Of a DNA stretch of 64,000 nucleotides, positions 8,010-19,254 are shown piece by piece. The position numbers and the translations under genes were made by a program. Numbering within the stretch: position 1 is the stretch's first letter; every line of letters starts with the position of its first letter. The stretch is taken from NCBI GenBank assembly GCA_963845565.1, contig CAWJSJ010000002.1:1152001-1216000 (forward strand), given 5' to 3'. This stretch comes from an uncultured Methylomirabilota bacterium. Its GTDB lineage: Bacteria; Methylomirabilota; Methylomirabilia; Methylomirabilales; 2-02-FULL-66-22. The notes under the pieces are model-generated. The model ran no database searches and was not told where the DNA came from. It saw only the letters and a list, made by a program, of their open reading frames with translations.

Positions 8010-9983
8010 TCACGCGATCGGCACGGCAATTACGAAGCGCGCTCCGCCGCCGGGAACATTTTCCGCCCGGATACTCCCGCGATGCTCCAGAATGATCCGA
8101 CGCGCCAGGGCGAGGCCAAGTCCGGTGCCGCCTTCCTTGGTGGTGAAGTATGGCTCGAAGACCCGGTCCAGGTTCTCGGGCGGAATCCCGGATCCGGTAT
8201 CGGTCACGACCATCTCCACGCACCGTTGTCCCGCGGGGGTGTGCGCCGGAGCAGCGGGGCGATCAGGCGACTGGGCAATCAGGAGCGCCGAATGGTCGAA
8301 TGGCCTGTTTGCCATATCAACAACTCTGGCGCGGACGGTGAGGGTGCCGCCCTTCGGCATCGCCTGGATCGCGTTCAGCAGGACGTTCATGATTGCGCGG
8401 ATCATTTGCTCCCGGTCGAGCAGCGCCCGCGCGTCCTTCGGCTCCAGATCCTCCACGACCTCCACGCCTTGCGCCGTTGCCTGCGGGGAGAGGAGCGCGA
8501 GGACTTCCGCGAGCACCGGCGCGAGCGGCGCTTCGACGAGCGTGAGGTGGAGGGGGCGCGCCAGGGTGAGGAACTGGTTCACGATGGTATTGAGCCGTGT
8601 CACCTCGGCCTCGATGATCCGGGTGAACTGGGTATATTCCTGGCGCGCCTCGGGCGCGGCCGGGGCGAACTCCATCCGGAGCCGCTGCAGTCCCATGGAG
8701 ATGGCGTTCAGCGGATTCTTGATCTCGTGGGCCACGCCTGCCGCCAGGTTTCCCATGGCGGCAAGGCGCTGCTCTTGGGCCATCGCAGCTTCCAGGCGCT
8801 GCCGCTCGGCAAGGTGTCGGGCCTGAGTCCAGAAGATGGCCACGGCTCCGACGACGCCGACGGTCAGGAGGCCGAGGCTGTACCACAGAATCCCGCGCTG
8901 GGCCTGCCGCGTCACGTCCGCCAGGCCCCGAGTGCTCAGCCCGACACGGATGACGCCGACCTGCTTTTCTTGCACGGTGAACGGCTTGACGACCTGGTAC
9001 ACCTGGCAGCCGTCGCAGTCCTGGCGCCGGCCCTTCACTGCGCCGGACTCCAGCGCCTCACGGAGCAGTGGACTTGGCTCTTTCCGACCGACTGCGGAGG
9101 CGTCGCTGCTCGCCAGAATAGTGAGATCCCGGTCCAGGAGGGAGACTTCCACGATGCCCGGCTGCCTGCCCAGGTTCTCGATGAGGGGCTGGAGGCCGAT
9201 CTCCTTGCGGAAATTGAGCAGATACTCGGCGTCGGCATGGACAACGATGACGCCGGGGAAGCTCTGGGCCGGAACGGCGACGCCGAAGGCGCTGCCTTCC
9301 CAGAACCGGCGAATCTTGGCAGCCTTGGGAAGCGACGGGAAGAGCTGCGCGGGGTCGCCGCGAAGGCCCCCCCAGCGCTGTCCCCACATGAACGGCATGC
9401 CGGAAGGCCGTGGGTGTTCCGGGGCGGACGGTCCCGACACTTCCGGGGGACGCGTCATTCCGCGCATCATCGGACCGCGCGGCTGGCCGGGAACGATCTC
9501 TCCCGACGCTTCGTCGCCTTCCCTGGGGCCGACGCCGCGGCGGCCCGGCCCACCGAACCCCCGGCCGCCGGCCCAGGGACCTTGGCCGGGCATCTCAATC
9601 TGCGGGAGTGCCGCCGGCTGGCCTTGCGGGTCCAGCAGTTCCACCTTGGCCAGCTTGTTCTCGCGCACCACGCGCTCGATCAGTTCCTGCGCCCGGGGTG
9701 TCCGTGCCACGATGAAATCCACAAAGCGGGCGTTATCCAGCAGCCGCTGCCCCACGATCTCTTCCAGCATCGTCTGCGTGGAGATGGCGTTCCGGCTGCC
9801 GGCTTCGAGGACACCGATGAGGGCCACGGCCCGCTCCTCCAGTTCGCGGGCGAGGTTCTGCTGCACCCGCCGAGACTCCAACAGCGCATAGCCGCCCAGC
9901 AGGAGGATCAGCAGGACGACCGTGGCGAGCAGGGCCGGCCAGGCGAATGGCGGGTGCGTGCGGCGGGGCGTGGCAACGGGCAT
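8010..9983 (-). CDS. membrane sensor histidine kinase (ZraS/HydH-like)
   Basis: Two TMs, AHEIKNPL H-box, N/G1/F/G2 boxes (FEPYFTTKEGGTGLGL). Confidence 0.95.
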   Translation of the reverse strand: MPVATPRRTHPPFAWPALLATVVLLILLLGGYALLESRRVQQNLARELEERAVALIGVLEAGSRNAISTQTMLEEIVGQRLLDNARFVDFIVARTPRAQELIERVVRENKLAKVELLDPQGQPAALPQIEMPGQGPWAGGRGFGGPGRRGVGPREGDEASGEIVPGQPRGPMMRGMTRPPEVSGPSAPEHPRPSGMPFMWGQRWGGLRGDPAQLFPSLPKAAKIRRFWEGSAFGVAVPAQSFPGVIVVHADAEYLLNFRKEIGLQPLIENLGRQPGIVEVSLLDRDLTILASSDASAVGRKEPSPLLREALESGAVKGRRQDCDGCQVYQVVKPFTVQEKQVGVIRVGLSTRGLADVTRQAQRGILWYSLGLLTVGVVGAVAIFWTQARHLAERQRLEAAMAQEQRLAAMGNLAAGVAHEIKNPLNAISMGLQRLRMEFAPAAPEARQEYTQFTRIIEAEVTRLNTIVNQFLTLARPLHLTLVEAPLAPVLAEVLALLSPQATAQGVEVVEDLEPKDARALLDREQMIRAIMNVLLNAIQAMPKGGTLTVRARVVDMANRPFDHSALLIAQSPDRPAAPAHTPAGQRCVEMVVTDTGSGIPPENLDRVFEPYFTTKEGGTGLGLALARRIILEHRGSIRAENVPGGGARFVIAVPIA

Positions 9984-10349
9984 CGGGACCTCCGGGGTCG
10001 TACGATTTGACTAGCCTAGCATACTCGGGAGAGACTCACCACCACGGGAAGGGCGCCGACCCGACAGTGCTCGCGTGAAGCCGCGTGTCCCCCGTTGGGG
10101 GGCCGCACCACGGCGGTCGCCGACTGTGCGATGCGCCCCTGCGGTGCCGAAGAATCCGCTTGACACTCGCCGGGTGATTGCGGCACGCTTCGGCCGGTTC
10201 TGTGGCGTCGCCGCGCGGCGAGTGGTCCATCGGTGAGAGGCTCGGCCACGACGAGGCCGAACACCGGATGCGGTCACGCAGGCATTGCCGGCCGGCAGGG
10301 ACTTCAGGGAGTGCCCGCCAACACCCTACCAGGAAAGGACGTCATCATC

Positions 10350-10991
10350 ATGGGCGCCATCGAGTTCACCGACAATTATGAGGACCTCAGCACGGACAAG
10401 GGGTACCAGTTCCGCTTCTCGTGCGAGCGGTGCGGCAACGGGTACATGTCCACCTATCAGATCAGCGCGCTGGGCGTGACGGGCGGGTTGTTGAGCGCTG
10501 CGTCCTCGCTGTTCGGTGGCATTTTGGGTGGGGCGGCCGCCGGGACGTACGAGGTGCAACGGGCGGTCGGGGGCAAGGCGCACGACGATGCGCTTCGCGA
10601 GGCAGTGACGGAGATCCGCCCGAAGTTCGTCCAGTGCCGCCGGTGCGGGCAATGGATCTGCCGCGACATCTGTTTCAACAATTCCGCCACCATGTGCAAG
10701 CAGTGCGCCCCCATCGCCGAGGAGGAAGAGACCGCGACCCGGGCCACCCACGTACAGACGCAGGTGACCAACGATCTCTTTCTGGAAGAGAACGTGCGGA
10801 TGAGTGCGAAGGGAAAAGAAGTGGCGGCCAAGTGCTCCAAGTGCGGGGAGGCGACGCTGGGGAAGAAGTTCTGTCCGAGTTGCGGCGCGCCGGCCGCCGT
10901 CGCCGCCAAGCAGTTTTGCCCGGCCTGCGGGGCCAAGGCGGCCCCCGGGGCGAAGTTCTGCGGCGACTGCGGATCCAAGTTTGAACAATGA
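10350..10991 (+). CDS. double zinc-ribbon domain protein
   Basis: Many CxxC (CERC, CRRC, CKQC, CSKC, FCPSCG, FCPACG, FCGDCG); RBS AAGGA. Confidence 0.85.
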   Translation: MGAIEFTDNYEDLSTDKGYQFRFSCERCGNGYMSTYQISALGVTGGLLSAASSLFGGILGGAAAGTYEVQRAVGGKAHDDALREAVTEIRPKFVQCRRCGQWICRDICFNNSATMCKQCAPIAEEEETATRATHVQTQVTNDLFLEENVRMSAKGKEVAAKCSKCGEATLGKKFCPSCGAPAAVAAKQFCPACGAKAAPGAKFCGDCGSKFEQ

Positions 10992-11008
10992 ACGTCCACA
11001 GAAACCAG

Positions 11009-11046
11009 AACGAGGGGGCCGGGTGAAGACCGGCCCCCTCGTTTTT
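11009..11046. terminator. intrinsic terminator between convergent genes
   Basis: 14-bp stem AACGAGGGGGCCGG / CCGGCCCCCTCGTT followed by T tract. Confidence 0.8.
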
Positions 11047-11055
11047 CGATAGAGG

Positions 11056-11454
11056 CTACAGCGCGCGGCCTGCGCCGAAGGTCCGCACGTTCCCCCACGG
11101 ATTGATGTGCAGGTACTGCAACTCGTTCTGGGGACCCTTGACCTCGACCTGATACATCGCGCCGCGCGGCCGGTCGAACTTCACGAGCTTTTCGACCTGG
11201 TACCCAGGCAGGTTCTTGGTCACGTACTCGGTGGCGATCTCCTTGGCCTTGGCCTCATCAATCGCCGTCGCGGCCGCCGAAGCGCCGCCCTGCTGGTTCC
11301 AGCAGGGTCCGCCACCCGGCCCGCCGGCGCCCCGACCCATCATGCCGCCGCGCGGACCGTAGCCTTGCCCCGGCCCTGCCAACTGGGCCATCGCCATTCC
11401 CGTCACGATCAGCACCAACCCCGCCACCAGAGCCACACTCAGCATCTTTTTCAT
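11056..11454 (-). CDS. small periplasmic protein, Gly/Met-rich N-terminus plus PepSY-like domain
   Basis: Signal peptide (AMA), GPRGGMMGRG, IDEAKAKEIA..Y...YQVEV......LHINPWG. Confidence 0.8.
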   Translation of the reverse strand: MKKMLSVALVAGLVLIVTGMAMAQLAGPGQGYGPRGGMMGRGAGGPGGGPCWNQQGGASAAATAIDEAKAKEIATEYVTKNLPGYQVEKLVKFDRPRGAMYQVEVKGPQNELQYLHINPWGNVRTFGAGRAL

Positions 11455-11515
11455 TGTCCGATCCTCCTATTGGTTCACTGTTTTGTCCTGCAAGCCTTTG
11501 ATGCCCTGAAAGGTA

Positions 11516-11532
11516 CGCAACCCGCGTGCCAG
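11516..11532 (-). promoter_or_regulatory. sigma54 -24/-12 promoter
   Basis: Minus strand CTGGCACGCGGGTTGCG = TGGCAC-N5-TTGC, about 60 nt upstream of ATG 11454. Confidence 0.85.
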
Positions 11533-11650
11533 GCGTCATCTCTTGACCATGGCATGCGTGGTCGCAGGGGTAACCTGTTGAATTCATGGCGCCAAGGGTT
11601 CTGGGTCCGTTGTGGCGCATGGCCTCGCGGCACGCGGAGCAGGCCGGAAC

Positions 11651-11690
11651 CTCGACAATATCCCCGAATGGCTCGACAAATCCGTCGAGC
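11651..11690. promoter_or_regulatory. tandem enhancer-binding-protein sites (UAS)
   Basis: CTCGACAATATCCCCGA and palindromic GCTCGAC-AAATCC-GTCGAGC, 21 nt apart, 120-160 nt upstream of the sigma54 promoter. Confidence 0.6.
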
Positions 11691-11945
11691 CGTGATTCTC
11701 CGCACAGCCCTGCGCCGCCCCATCTATCACCACCGTTTTCGTGCAATACTTCCGCTTGGCACCCGGCGCACCATGGGTTATCCTACGTCCGACGTGTTCC
11801 CGGCAGTCCGCACCAGGACGTTGCCCGTCACGTCTCCTGTCCGATGCGGCCAGGCAATCCTTCTTCCTTCCATGACGAGGTGTTCGGTATCCCGATTTCG
11901 TCTGGTCCTTTCGAAATTGAGGTCCACGGCAAAAGGAGGGGGTCC

Positions 11946-13262
11946 ATGGCGTCCGACAGCTTGACCATCACCGACAATCGTACGGGTAAAGTCTACGAGG
12001 TTCCCATTCGGTACGGAACGTTTCCCTTGTACGGCGCATCGATCCGAGGCGCGGACCTCAAGAACATCAAGGTGTCCGAAGAAGACTTTGGCCTGATGAG
12101 CTTCGATCCCGCCTTCCTCAATAGCGCGTCTTGCAAGAGTGCCATCACCTTCATCGATGGGGAGCGCGGCATCCTCCGTTACCGCGGGTACCCCATCGAG
12201 CAGCTCGCCGAACAGAGCAACTATATGGAGGTGGCGTACCTCTTGGCGCACGGCGACCTGCCGAACAAGGCGGAGTACGACCTGTGGACGCGGGAGATCT
12301 CCGACCACACCATGGTCCACGAGAATCTCAAGCGGGTCTTCGACGGCTTCCATTACGACGCCCACCCGATGCCGATGCTGATCAGCACACTGGCGGCTCT
12401 CTCCACCTTCTATCCGGCCTCCCGGCACGTGGAGGACCCCGCGATTCGGGAGCACCAGATCTACCGGCTCATCGGGAAGGTGGGCACGCTTGCGGCGATG
12501 GCGTACCGGCACACCAAGGGCTTGCCCTACGTCATGCCCGACAACGATCTGAGTTACGTGGGCAACTTCATGAACATGCTCTGGCGGATGTCGGAATGCC
12601 GGTACACCCCGAATCCCACGCTGGAGAAGGCGCTGGACGTGTTGTTCATTCTGCACGCCGACCACGAGCAGAACTGCAGCACGAACACCATGCGGATCGT
12701 CGCCAGCGCCGAATCCGACCCCTACTGTGCTGCCGCCTCGGCGGCGGCGGCGCTCTACGGTCCGCTCCACGGCGGGGCCAACGAGGCGGTCCTCACGATG
12801 CTCCGGCAGATCGGATCGAAGGACAAGGTGCCGCAGTTCATCAAGGACGTGAAAGAACGCAAGGCGCTCCTGATGGGTTTCGGCCACCGGGTGTACAAGA
12901 ATTACGATCCGCGGGCGAAGGTCATCAAGCGATTGGCCGATGAGGTGTTCGAGGTGACCGGGAAGAACCCGCTCATCGAGCTGGCCGTCGAACTGGAGCG
13001 GATCGCGCTCCAGGACGACTTTTTCGTCTCCCGGAAGCTGTTCCCGAACGTGGACTTCTACTCTGGGATCATCTACGAGGCCATGGGCATGCCGAGCGAA
13101 TACTTCACGGTCGTCTTCGCCGTGCCCCGCATGGCCGGCTGGTTGGCGCAGTGGCAAGAGATGATCCTGGATACGGAGCAGAAGATCGCGCGCCCGCGGC
13201 AGGTGTACACCGGCGTGGCGATCCGCGACTACGAGCCGATCGAGAAGCGCGCGATGAAATAG
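11946..13262 (+). CDS. gltA: citrate synthase
   Basis: ITFIDGERGILRYRGYPIEQL, HADHEQNCST, GPLHGGANE, GFGHRVYKNYDPRA, PNVDFYSG. Confidence 0.97.
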   Translation: MASDSLTITDNRTGKVYEVPIRYGTFPLYGASIRGADLKNIKVSEEDFGLMSFDPAFLNSASCKSAITFIDGERGILRYRGYPIEQLAEQSNYMEVAYLLAHGDLPNKAEYDLWTREISDHTMVHENLKRVFDGFHYDAHPMPMLISTLAALSTFYPASRHVEDPAIREHQIYRLIGKVGTLAAMAYRHTKGLPYVMPDNDLSYVGNFMNMLWRMSECRYTPNPTLEKALDVLFILHADHEQNCSTNTMRIVASAESDPYCAAASAAAALYGPLHGGANEAVLTMLRQIGSKDKVPQFIKDVKERKALLMGFGHRVYKNYDPRAKVIKRLADEVFEVTGKNPLIELAVELERIALQDDFFVSRKLFPNVDFYSGIIYEAMGMPSEYFTVVFAVPRMAGWLAQWQEMILDTEQKIARPRQVYTGVAIRDYEPIEKRAMK

Positions 13263-13446
13263 GCCGCCTCGTCCGCTCGAACGGTCTGCCGGCCGGGGTG
13301 CGCGCACCGCATCCCGGCCGTTCCCTTCTCTCGTCCGAATGCCCCCGGCGCGCCATCGCGTGCTCGCGTCGGGCATCTTCGGAGGTGCCCCGCCCTCGTC
13401 GTCTGTTCGGGCGGGGGATTACGGCACGGTTTCGGGGAGACCACCG

Positions 13447-13956
13447 ATGTCCACCGATCGCGTTTGCGCGCACCTCCTCGCGGATGACGGCACGATTCCC
13501 AATAGTCGATTGCCGCTGCTCATCTACCCGGGGGCATTTCTCCTGCCCGATCCCGACGTTCCCGGCGCCATCGAGGCGAGGCTGCGGCGGAACGGCTGGC
13601 AGGGCGGTTGGCGCAATGGGATCTATCCGCACCACCACTATCACAGCACCGCCCACGAGGTCCTGGCGGTCTACGGCGGTTCGGCGCGAGTGCAATTCGG
13701 CGGGGAGAGCGGGATCATCGCGGAGGTGCGGTCGGGGGACGCGGTTGTCATCCCGGCCGGCGTCGGCCACAAGAATCTTGGGGCGAGTGCGGGTTTTCGT
13801 GTCGTCGGCGCATACCCCCGGGGTCAGACCTGGGACATGTGCTACGGATCGCCCGGAGAGCGACCGCGAGCCGACGAGAACATCGCGCGCGTCCCCCTGC
13901 CGATCGCCGATCCCGTCTTCGGGGGAGACGGACCGCTGTCTGAGCATTGGCGCTGA
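13447..13956 (+). CDS. cupin protein (YjlB-like)
   Basis: IPNSRLPLLIY, HHYHSTAHEVL, IPAGVGH, VVGAYP. Confidence 0.85.
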   Translation: MSTDRVCAHLLADDGTIPNSRLPLLIYPGAFLLPDPDVPGAIEARLRRNGWQGGWRNGIYPHHHYHSTAHEVLAVYGGSARVQFGGESGIIAEVRSGDAVVIPAGVGHKNLGASAGFRVVGAYPRGQTWDMCYGSPGERPRADENIARVPLPIADPVFGGDGPLSEHWR

Positions 13957-14071
13957 GCGACGTTCCCGACCGGTTCTGTCGCCGTGGCACCGCCGCACGA
14001 CGGCACGCTGGTGGGGCCGCTCACGAAGGGAGAACGCGGAGCGTGGCATCCGCGGCGTCGATTGAGGAGGG

Positions 14072-15944
14072 ATGGGAATGCACACGATCCGGTTGACCAT
14101 GGCCCAGGCGCTCATCCGTTTTCTCGACAACCAATACCTGGAGGTCGACGGGACGGACACCAAGTTCGTGCGAGGGGTGTTCGGGATCTTCGGCCACGGC
14201 AACGTGGTGGGGCTCGGCGAGGCGCTGATAGACAGCACGCATGGACTCACCTATTACCAGGGGCACAACGAGCAGGGCATGGCGCATGCGGCCATCGCCT
14301 ACGCCAAGCAGATGCGGCGTAGACAGATCTGCGCCGTGACCAGCTCGATCGGGCCGGGCGCGCTCAACATGGTCACGGCCGCGGGAACCGCCACGGTGAA
14401 TCGTATCCCGGTGCTGTTTCTCCCCGGAGACACTTTCGCGTGCCGACAGCCCGACCCGGTCCTCCAGCAGGTGGAACAGTTCTCCGACCCGAACGTGACG
14501 GCCAACGACGCGTTCAAAGCGGTCAGCCGATACTGGGATCGGATCACGCGGCCGGAGCAACTGATGAGCGCCTGCCTCAACGCCATGCGCGTGCTGACCG
14601 ATCCGGCGGAGACCGGCGCGGTCACCTTGGCGCTTCCGCAGGATGTTCAGGCGGAATCGTACGACTATCCCGAGGAATTCCTGCGGAGGCGCGTCCATCA
14701 TCTCGTGCGTCACGCCCCGGCGGCCGACGAGGTGGGGCGGGCGGTCGCGCGCATCGCCTCCAGCCGGAAGCCACTGGTGATCTGCGGCGGCGGCGTTCGC
14801 TATTCGGGCGCGGAGCGCGTGCTGGAGAGCTTCTGCGCGCAGTTCAACATTCCGTTCGGCGAGACCCAGGCGGGGAAGGGGGTGCTGTCCTGGGACAACC
14901 CGTTCAACCTGGGCGGGATCGGGGTGACGGGCACGCTGGCGGCGAACACCATCGCCCGCGACGCCGATCTCGTCATCGGGGTCGGGACGCGGCTCGGCGA
15001 TTTTACCACGGCCTCCAAGTGGCTTTTTCAGAACCCGAAGGTGCAATTCCTGACGATCAACGTCAACAGCTTCGACGCCCATAAGATGGGTGCCCTGCCC
15101 ATGATCGCCGATGCGAAGATGGCCCTCTCTGCCCTGACCAGGGCGCTGGCGAAGGTGCCCTATCGCGCCGCCTACACCAGGCAGATCCGGGACGCCCGGA
15201 AACGGTGGGCGGCGGAGGTGGATCGGCTCTACGCCGCGGACGATCCCGTGGGGTTGTCGCAGACGCGGTGCCTCGGAGCGTTGAACGAAACACTCCTCCC
15301 CAAGGACGCCATCGTCATCGGGGCTTCGGGCAGCCTGCCCGGCGATCTCCAGCGAGTCTGGCGGCCCCGGGCGGCGGACGCGTACCACATGGAGTACGGG
15401 TTTTCCTGCATGGGGTACGAGATCGCCGCCGCCCTGGGCGCCAAGATGGCGAACCCGGACCGCGAGGTGTTTGCCCTGGTGGGGGACGGCAGCTACGTGA
15501 TGCTCCATTCGGAGATCATCACCAGCATCATGGAGGGGCTGAAGATCAACGTCCTGGTGTTCGACAACCATGGCTTCCAGTGCATCGACAATCTGCAGGT
15601 GAGCCAGGGCATCAGCAAGTACGGCAACGAGTGGCGGCGCCGTGACCGCAAGACGGGGCTGCTGACCGGGGACGTTATTCCGATTGACTTCGCGCGGAAC
15701 GGGGAAAGCTACGGCGCCAGGGGCTTCACCGTGCGCACGATCGCAGCAGCTGCGCGACGCGGTGCGGCAGGCGCTGCGGGAGACCCGCTCGACGGTCATC
15801 GACATCAAGGTGACGCCGAAATCCATGACCCACGGCTACGAGTCGTGGTGGCGGGTGGGCACCCCCGAGGTGTCGGAAAACCGGAAGGTGGTGGCGGCAA
15901 GTCGGCGGCAGAAAGCCGAAGTCGCCAAGGCCAAGAAGATCTGA
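14072..15944 (+). CDS. iolD: 3D-(3,5/4)-trihydroxycyclohexane-1,2-dione acylhydrolase, one frameshift near 15742
   Basis: [50 protein letters not shown]-terminus (..ESWWRVG.PEVS..) continues in frame of ORF 15684..15944. Confidence 0.9.
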
Positions 15945-15995
15945 CGGCATCGGGTGTCGCTGCGGAGCCATCTCGGCGAGCGCGTGGGTCCCTGG

Positions 15996-17321
15996 CTACG
16001 GGGCGACAGGCTGCTCGCCTGGGGCCGGGTGACCGGCAGGACCCTTGCGGTCTCGGAGGCGGTGGACGAGGTCCGAGATGGTCACCGCGCGGTATCCTTG
16101 TTCCTGCAGGGTCCGCAGGATCTCCGGCAGGATTTCGTGCGGCCGGTCCGTGCGCCGATGAGAGGCCAGGTGCATCAGCACGATCCCGCCGTTCAGTCCC
16201 TCCGGTCGCCCCCGCCCGAAGGCCACGAGACGGGCGGCGATCTCGTCCCGGCTGCGGTAGATCCGGGAGGAGCGGTCGGCGACCCAGTCCCGCGTGTCGA
16301 GATCCTCGGCCGTCCCGGCCCCGCGGGTCCAGGAGATGTGGCGGTAGCCGACCGCCGCGGCCCAGCCGCGGATCTCCGGATTATGCTCGCCGAACGGCGC
16401 GCGCCAGAAGGGGGCCATGGGCTGTCCGGTCAGGGCGTGGAAGCTCTCCTCCGTGCGCCTTAGTTGGCCGACGAGAAACTCCCGCGTCACGGCTGGTAGT
16501 GTCTGCTGGCGGCGGTCCCGCTCGTACGTGGTCAGGTGGGGATGCGTATCCAGGTGGTTCCCCACCTCGTGGCCCTCGGCGACCATGCGGCGGACGAGAT
16601 CCGGATGCAGGCGGATGAATTGCCCGGTCAGGAACATCGTTGCGTGGGCGTTCCGGGCCCGCAGGCCGTCCAGGATCTCCCCGGCAACGTTGGCGTCGGC
16701 GCCGCCGTCGAAGGTAAAGGCGACCTCGCGTGCCGTCAGGTCGCCGCGCGTGATGTCCTCGGCCATCGCGCCCGCCGCGTCGCGCGACCGGGCCGGCGCG
16801 TGCCGTCCCGGTGCTGCCGCCGGTCGCTCGGGTTCCACGGATGCGGCGAGGGGCAGTGGGGTGTCGGCCGCGGTCTGGGCCGGCCGAAGCGCGTTCGCCG
16901 CCACGGGCGCCATGACCCGGGTTTCGGGGGCCGGCCCGCCCGTGACGCCGCAGGCCGCCAGCGCCAAAAGCAGCGCCGTGGTCCCTTGCGGCGACGGAAG
17001 CCAGAACCAAGGCAGGCTCCTCGCGTCTGGCCCGGCGTCCAGGCGGCGGTCCAGGCGGCGTTGCGCCCTCGCGGCGCGCCAGGCGATCCAGGCCAGTCGC
17101 AGTCGGCCCGGCAGGTCGCGGGATCGCCGGCCCATCTCGAGCTTGGCCCGTTCCCAGGCGGCGCGGGCGGCGGCATCGGACAGCCACAGCGTGGCGCACA
17201 TCTCGCCGCAGAAGGTCCGCGATCCAACAAAGCGAACGGTGCGCCACCGAATGGGTTCATGGCAGCGCTGACAAGATCGACCGTGGTCGAGCCCTGTCAT
17301 CGCATGATTCCGTACAGGCAC
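15996..17321 (-). CDS. NodB-type polysaccharide deacetylase with N-terminal Cys cluster and TM
   Basis: [27 protein letters not shown]-terminal CQRC...FCGEMC; start uncertain. Confidence 0.8.
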   Translation of the reverse strand: MPVRNHAMTGLDHGRSCQRCHEPIRWRTVRFVGSRTFCGEMCATLWLSDAAARAAWERAKLEMGRRSRDLPGRLRLAWIAWRAARAQRRLDRRLDAGPDARSLPWFWLPSPQGTTALLLALAACGVTGGPAPETRVMAPVAANALRPAQTAADTPLPLAASVEPERPAAAPGRHAPARSRDAAGAMAEDITRGDLTAREVAFTFDGGADANVAGEILDGLRARNAHATMFLTGQFIRLHPDLVRRMVAEGHEVGNHLDTHPHLTTYERDRRQQTLPAVTREFLVGQLRRTEESFHALTGQPMAPFWRAPFGEHNPEIRGWAAAVGYRHISWTRGAGTAEDLDTRDWVADRSSRIYRSRDEIAARLVAFGRGRPEGLNGGIVLMHLASHRRTDRPHEILPEILRTLQEQGYRAVTISDLVHRLRDRKGPAGHPAPGEQPVAP

Positions 17322-17647
17322 ATGTGCCCTCTCCGCTTTCGAAGCATTGCCATAGAAGGGTTAACAGCTTCCTGGAAAAGAGTCAAGCAAGGAGAGAGCG
17401 ACCGCTCGGCGCAGCGACGACGGTCACGGCAACACCCCAAGCATCCAAGGCAATCCGGGGAGGCGGGACGCTCCTGGGGCGCAGCGCCGCACCGGTGTGA
17501 CGGGCGCATTTCTCCTCGGTTGAGGCCTCGCGGCGCCGTGAATTCCGTTGCAAAGGCCCGGAAAAGCCGTTACGCTTACTCGTTACGCCGTGCCAAGAGC
17601 CACTGGGGCGAATTTCGGGCCTTCGCGAGGGGATCGGCAACCCGGAT

Positions 17648-18310
17648 ATGATCCAGTTTTTCCATGTTTACAAGACGTTTGCCAGGGACGTCGAAGCTCT
17701 CGTTGACATCAACCTGGAGATCGAGAAAGGTGAGTTCGTCTTTTTGGTCGGTCCCAGCGGGGCGGGAAAGACCACGCTGCTTCGATTGCTCTTTCACGAC
17801 GAACTGCCGACCTCGGGGCAGATCCTGGTCAACGGTCGCAATGTCGGTAAACTCCCGAGGCGGGCGCTCCCCGGCTTGCGACGCAGCATCGGCGTGATCT
17901 TTCAGGACTTCAAGCTCCTGCGGGACCGTTCCATCGCGGACAACCTGGCCGTGGTCTACCGAGTCCACGGCATCCCCCCGGCCGCCGGAAGGCGCAAGGT
18001 GGCCAACGCGCTGAAGATGGTCGGCCTGAGCCACAAAGCTCAGATGATGCCGTACCGGCTGTCGGGCGGTGAGCAGCAGCGTGTCGCCATTGCGCGAGCG
18101 TTGATGAGCGATCCCCTGCTGCTCTTGGCAGACGAGCCCACCGGCGACCTGGATTCGGAGTTGGCACTGGACGTCTTGCGGCTCCTGAGCGAGATCAATA
18201 CCAAGGGGACGACCATCATCGTCGCCACGCACGATTCGAATCTGGTGCGCGATCTGGGCCGCCGGACCATACTGCTCAAGGGGGGCCGCATCGTCGAGGA
18301 CCACCCGTAA
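17648..18310 (+). CDS. ftsE: cell division ABC ATPase
   Basis: GPSGAGKTT, IGVIFQDFKLL, LSGGEQQRV, ADEPTG. Confidence 0.95.
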   Translation: MIQFFHVYKTFARDVEALVDINLEIEKGEFVFLVGPSGAGKTTLLRLLFHDELPTSGQILVNGRNVGKLPRRALPGLRRSIGVIFQDFKLLRDRSIADNLAVVYRVHGIPPAAGRRKVANALKMVGLSHKAQMMPYRLSGGEQQRVAIARALMSDPLLLLADEPTGDLDSELALDVLRLLSEINTKGTTIIVATHDSNLVRDLGRRTILLKGGRIVEDHP

Positions 18311-18360
18311 ACCCTCGGACCCTGCGACCAAGCGGCGCCGGGTCGGATTGTCGGAGCAGT

Positions 18361-19254
18361 ATGGATCGTCTCCGCTATATCTTCGAAGACGCCCTGATCA
18401 ACATCCGGCGCAGCGGATGGGGAGGGTTGGCGTCCATCGGCACGATGGCGGTGTCGTTCGTCATCGTGGGGATCTTCCTGATCATCACCGGCAATCTGGG
18501 GGCCCTGGTCGCCGAATGGAAAGAGCAGTTTCAGGTCACGGTCTTTCTGGAGGACGGGATCACAGGGGAGCAGCTTGCCCTCGTCAGGAAGCGGATCCAG
18601 AACGAGCGGGCGGTGAAAGGCATGACCTACACCTCCAAGGCGGAGGCGCTCCAGCAATTCAAGCGCGAACTTCAGGGGAAGGATTCGCTGCTGGAGGGGT
18701 TGGGCGAGAACCCCATCCCGGCCTCGCTGCAGCTCCGCGTGCACGAGGCGTATCAGACGCCGGAGGCCCTCAAGCAGCTCACCGCCTCACTCGGCCGAGT
18801 GGAGGGCGTGGAAGATGTCATGTACGGGCAGGAATGGGTGGACCGCCTCAGCGCCGTCATTCGGTTGTTACGCCTGCTGGGGTTGGGGGTGGGGCTGGCC
18901 TTGGGGCTGGCCTCGCTCCTCATCGTGAGCAATACGATCCGTCTGGCGGTCTACGCCCGCGCCGAAGAGATCGAGGTCATGCGCCTGGTGGGGGCGAGCC
19001 GGCTGCACGTCCGGGCGCCGTTTTTGTTGGAAGGGATGATTCAGGGCACGCTGAGCGCCGGACTCGCCCTCCTCTTGCTGTACGGGGCCTACCGTGCGAC
19101 GCTCTGGCAGCTCCAGGTGACCCCCGGGCAGGTCTTCGGCATGGGGGTCGGGAGTTTCTTGGAATTACGCTGGGCCGTCCTGATGGTCGTGTCGGGCGCC
19201 GGTGTCGGCGCCTTCGGCAGCTTGATCTCGGTGGGGCGGTTCCTTCGCGCGTGA
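18361..19254 (+). CDS. ftsX: cell division permease
   Basis: 4-TM FtsX pattern; NTIRLAVYARAEEIEVMRLVGA, PFLLEG. Confidence 0.95.
   Translation: MDRLRYIFEDALINIRRSGWGGLASIGTMAVSFVIVGIFLIITGNLGALVAEWKEQFQVTVFLEDGITGEQLALVRKRIQNERAVKGMTYTSKAEALQQFKRELQGKDSLLEGLGENPIPASLQLRVHEAYQTPEALKQLTASLGRVEGVEDVMYGQEWVDRLSAVIRLLRLLGLGVGLALGLASLLIVSNTIRLAVYARAEEIEVMRLVGASRLHVRAPFLLEGMIQGTLSAGLALLLLYGAYRATLWQLQVTPGQVFGMGVGSFLELRWAVLMVVSGAGVGAFGSLISVGRFLRA

Noticed and set aside
15735..15750. iolD frameshift as pseudogenisation or programmed frameshift
   Set aside because: A single extra base, no slippery motif, and both sides are well conserved; most likely a consensus error. Needs read check.
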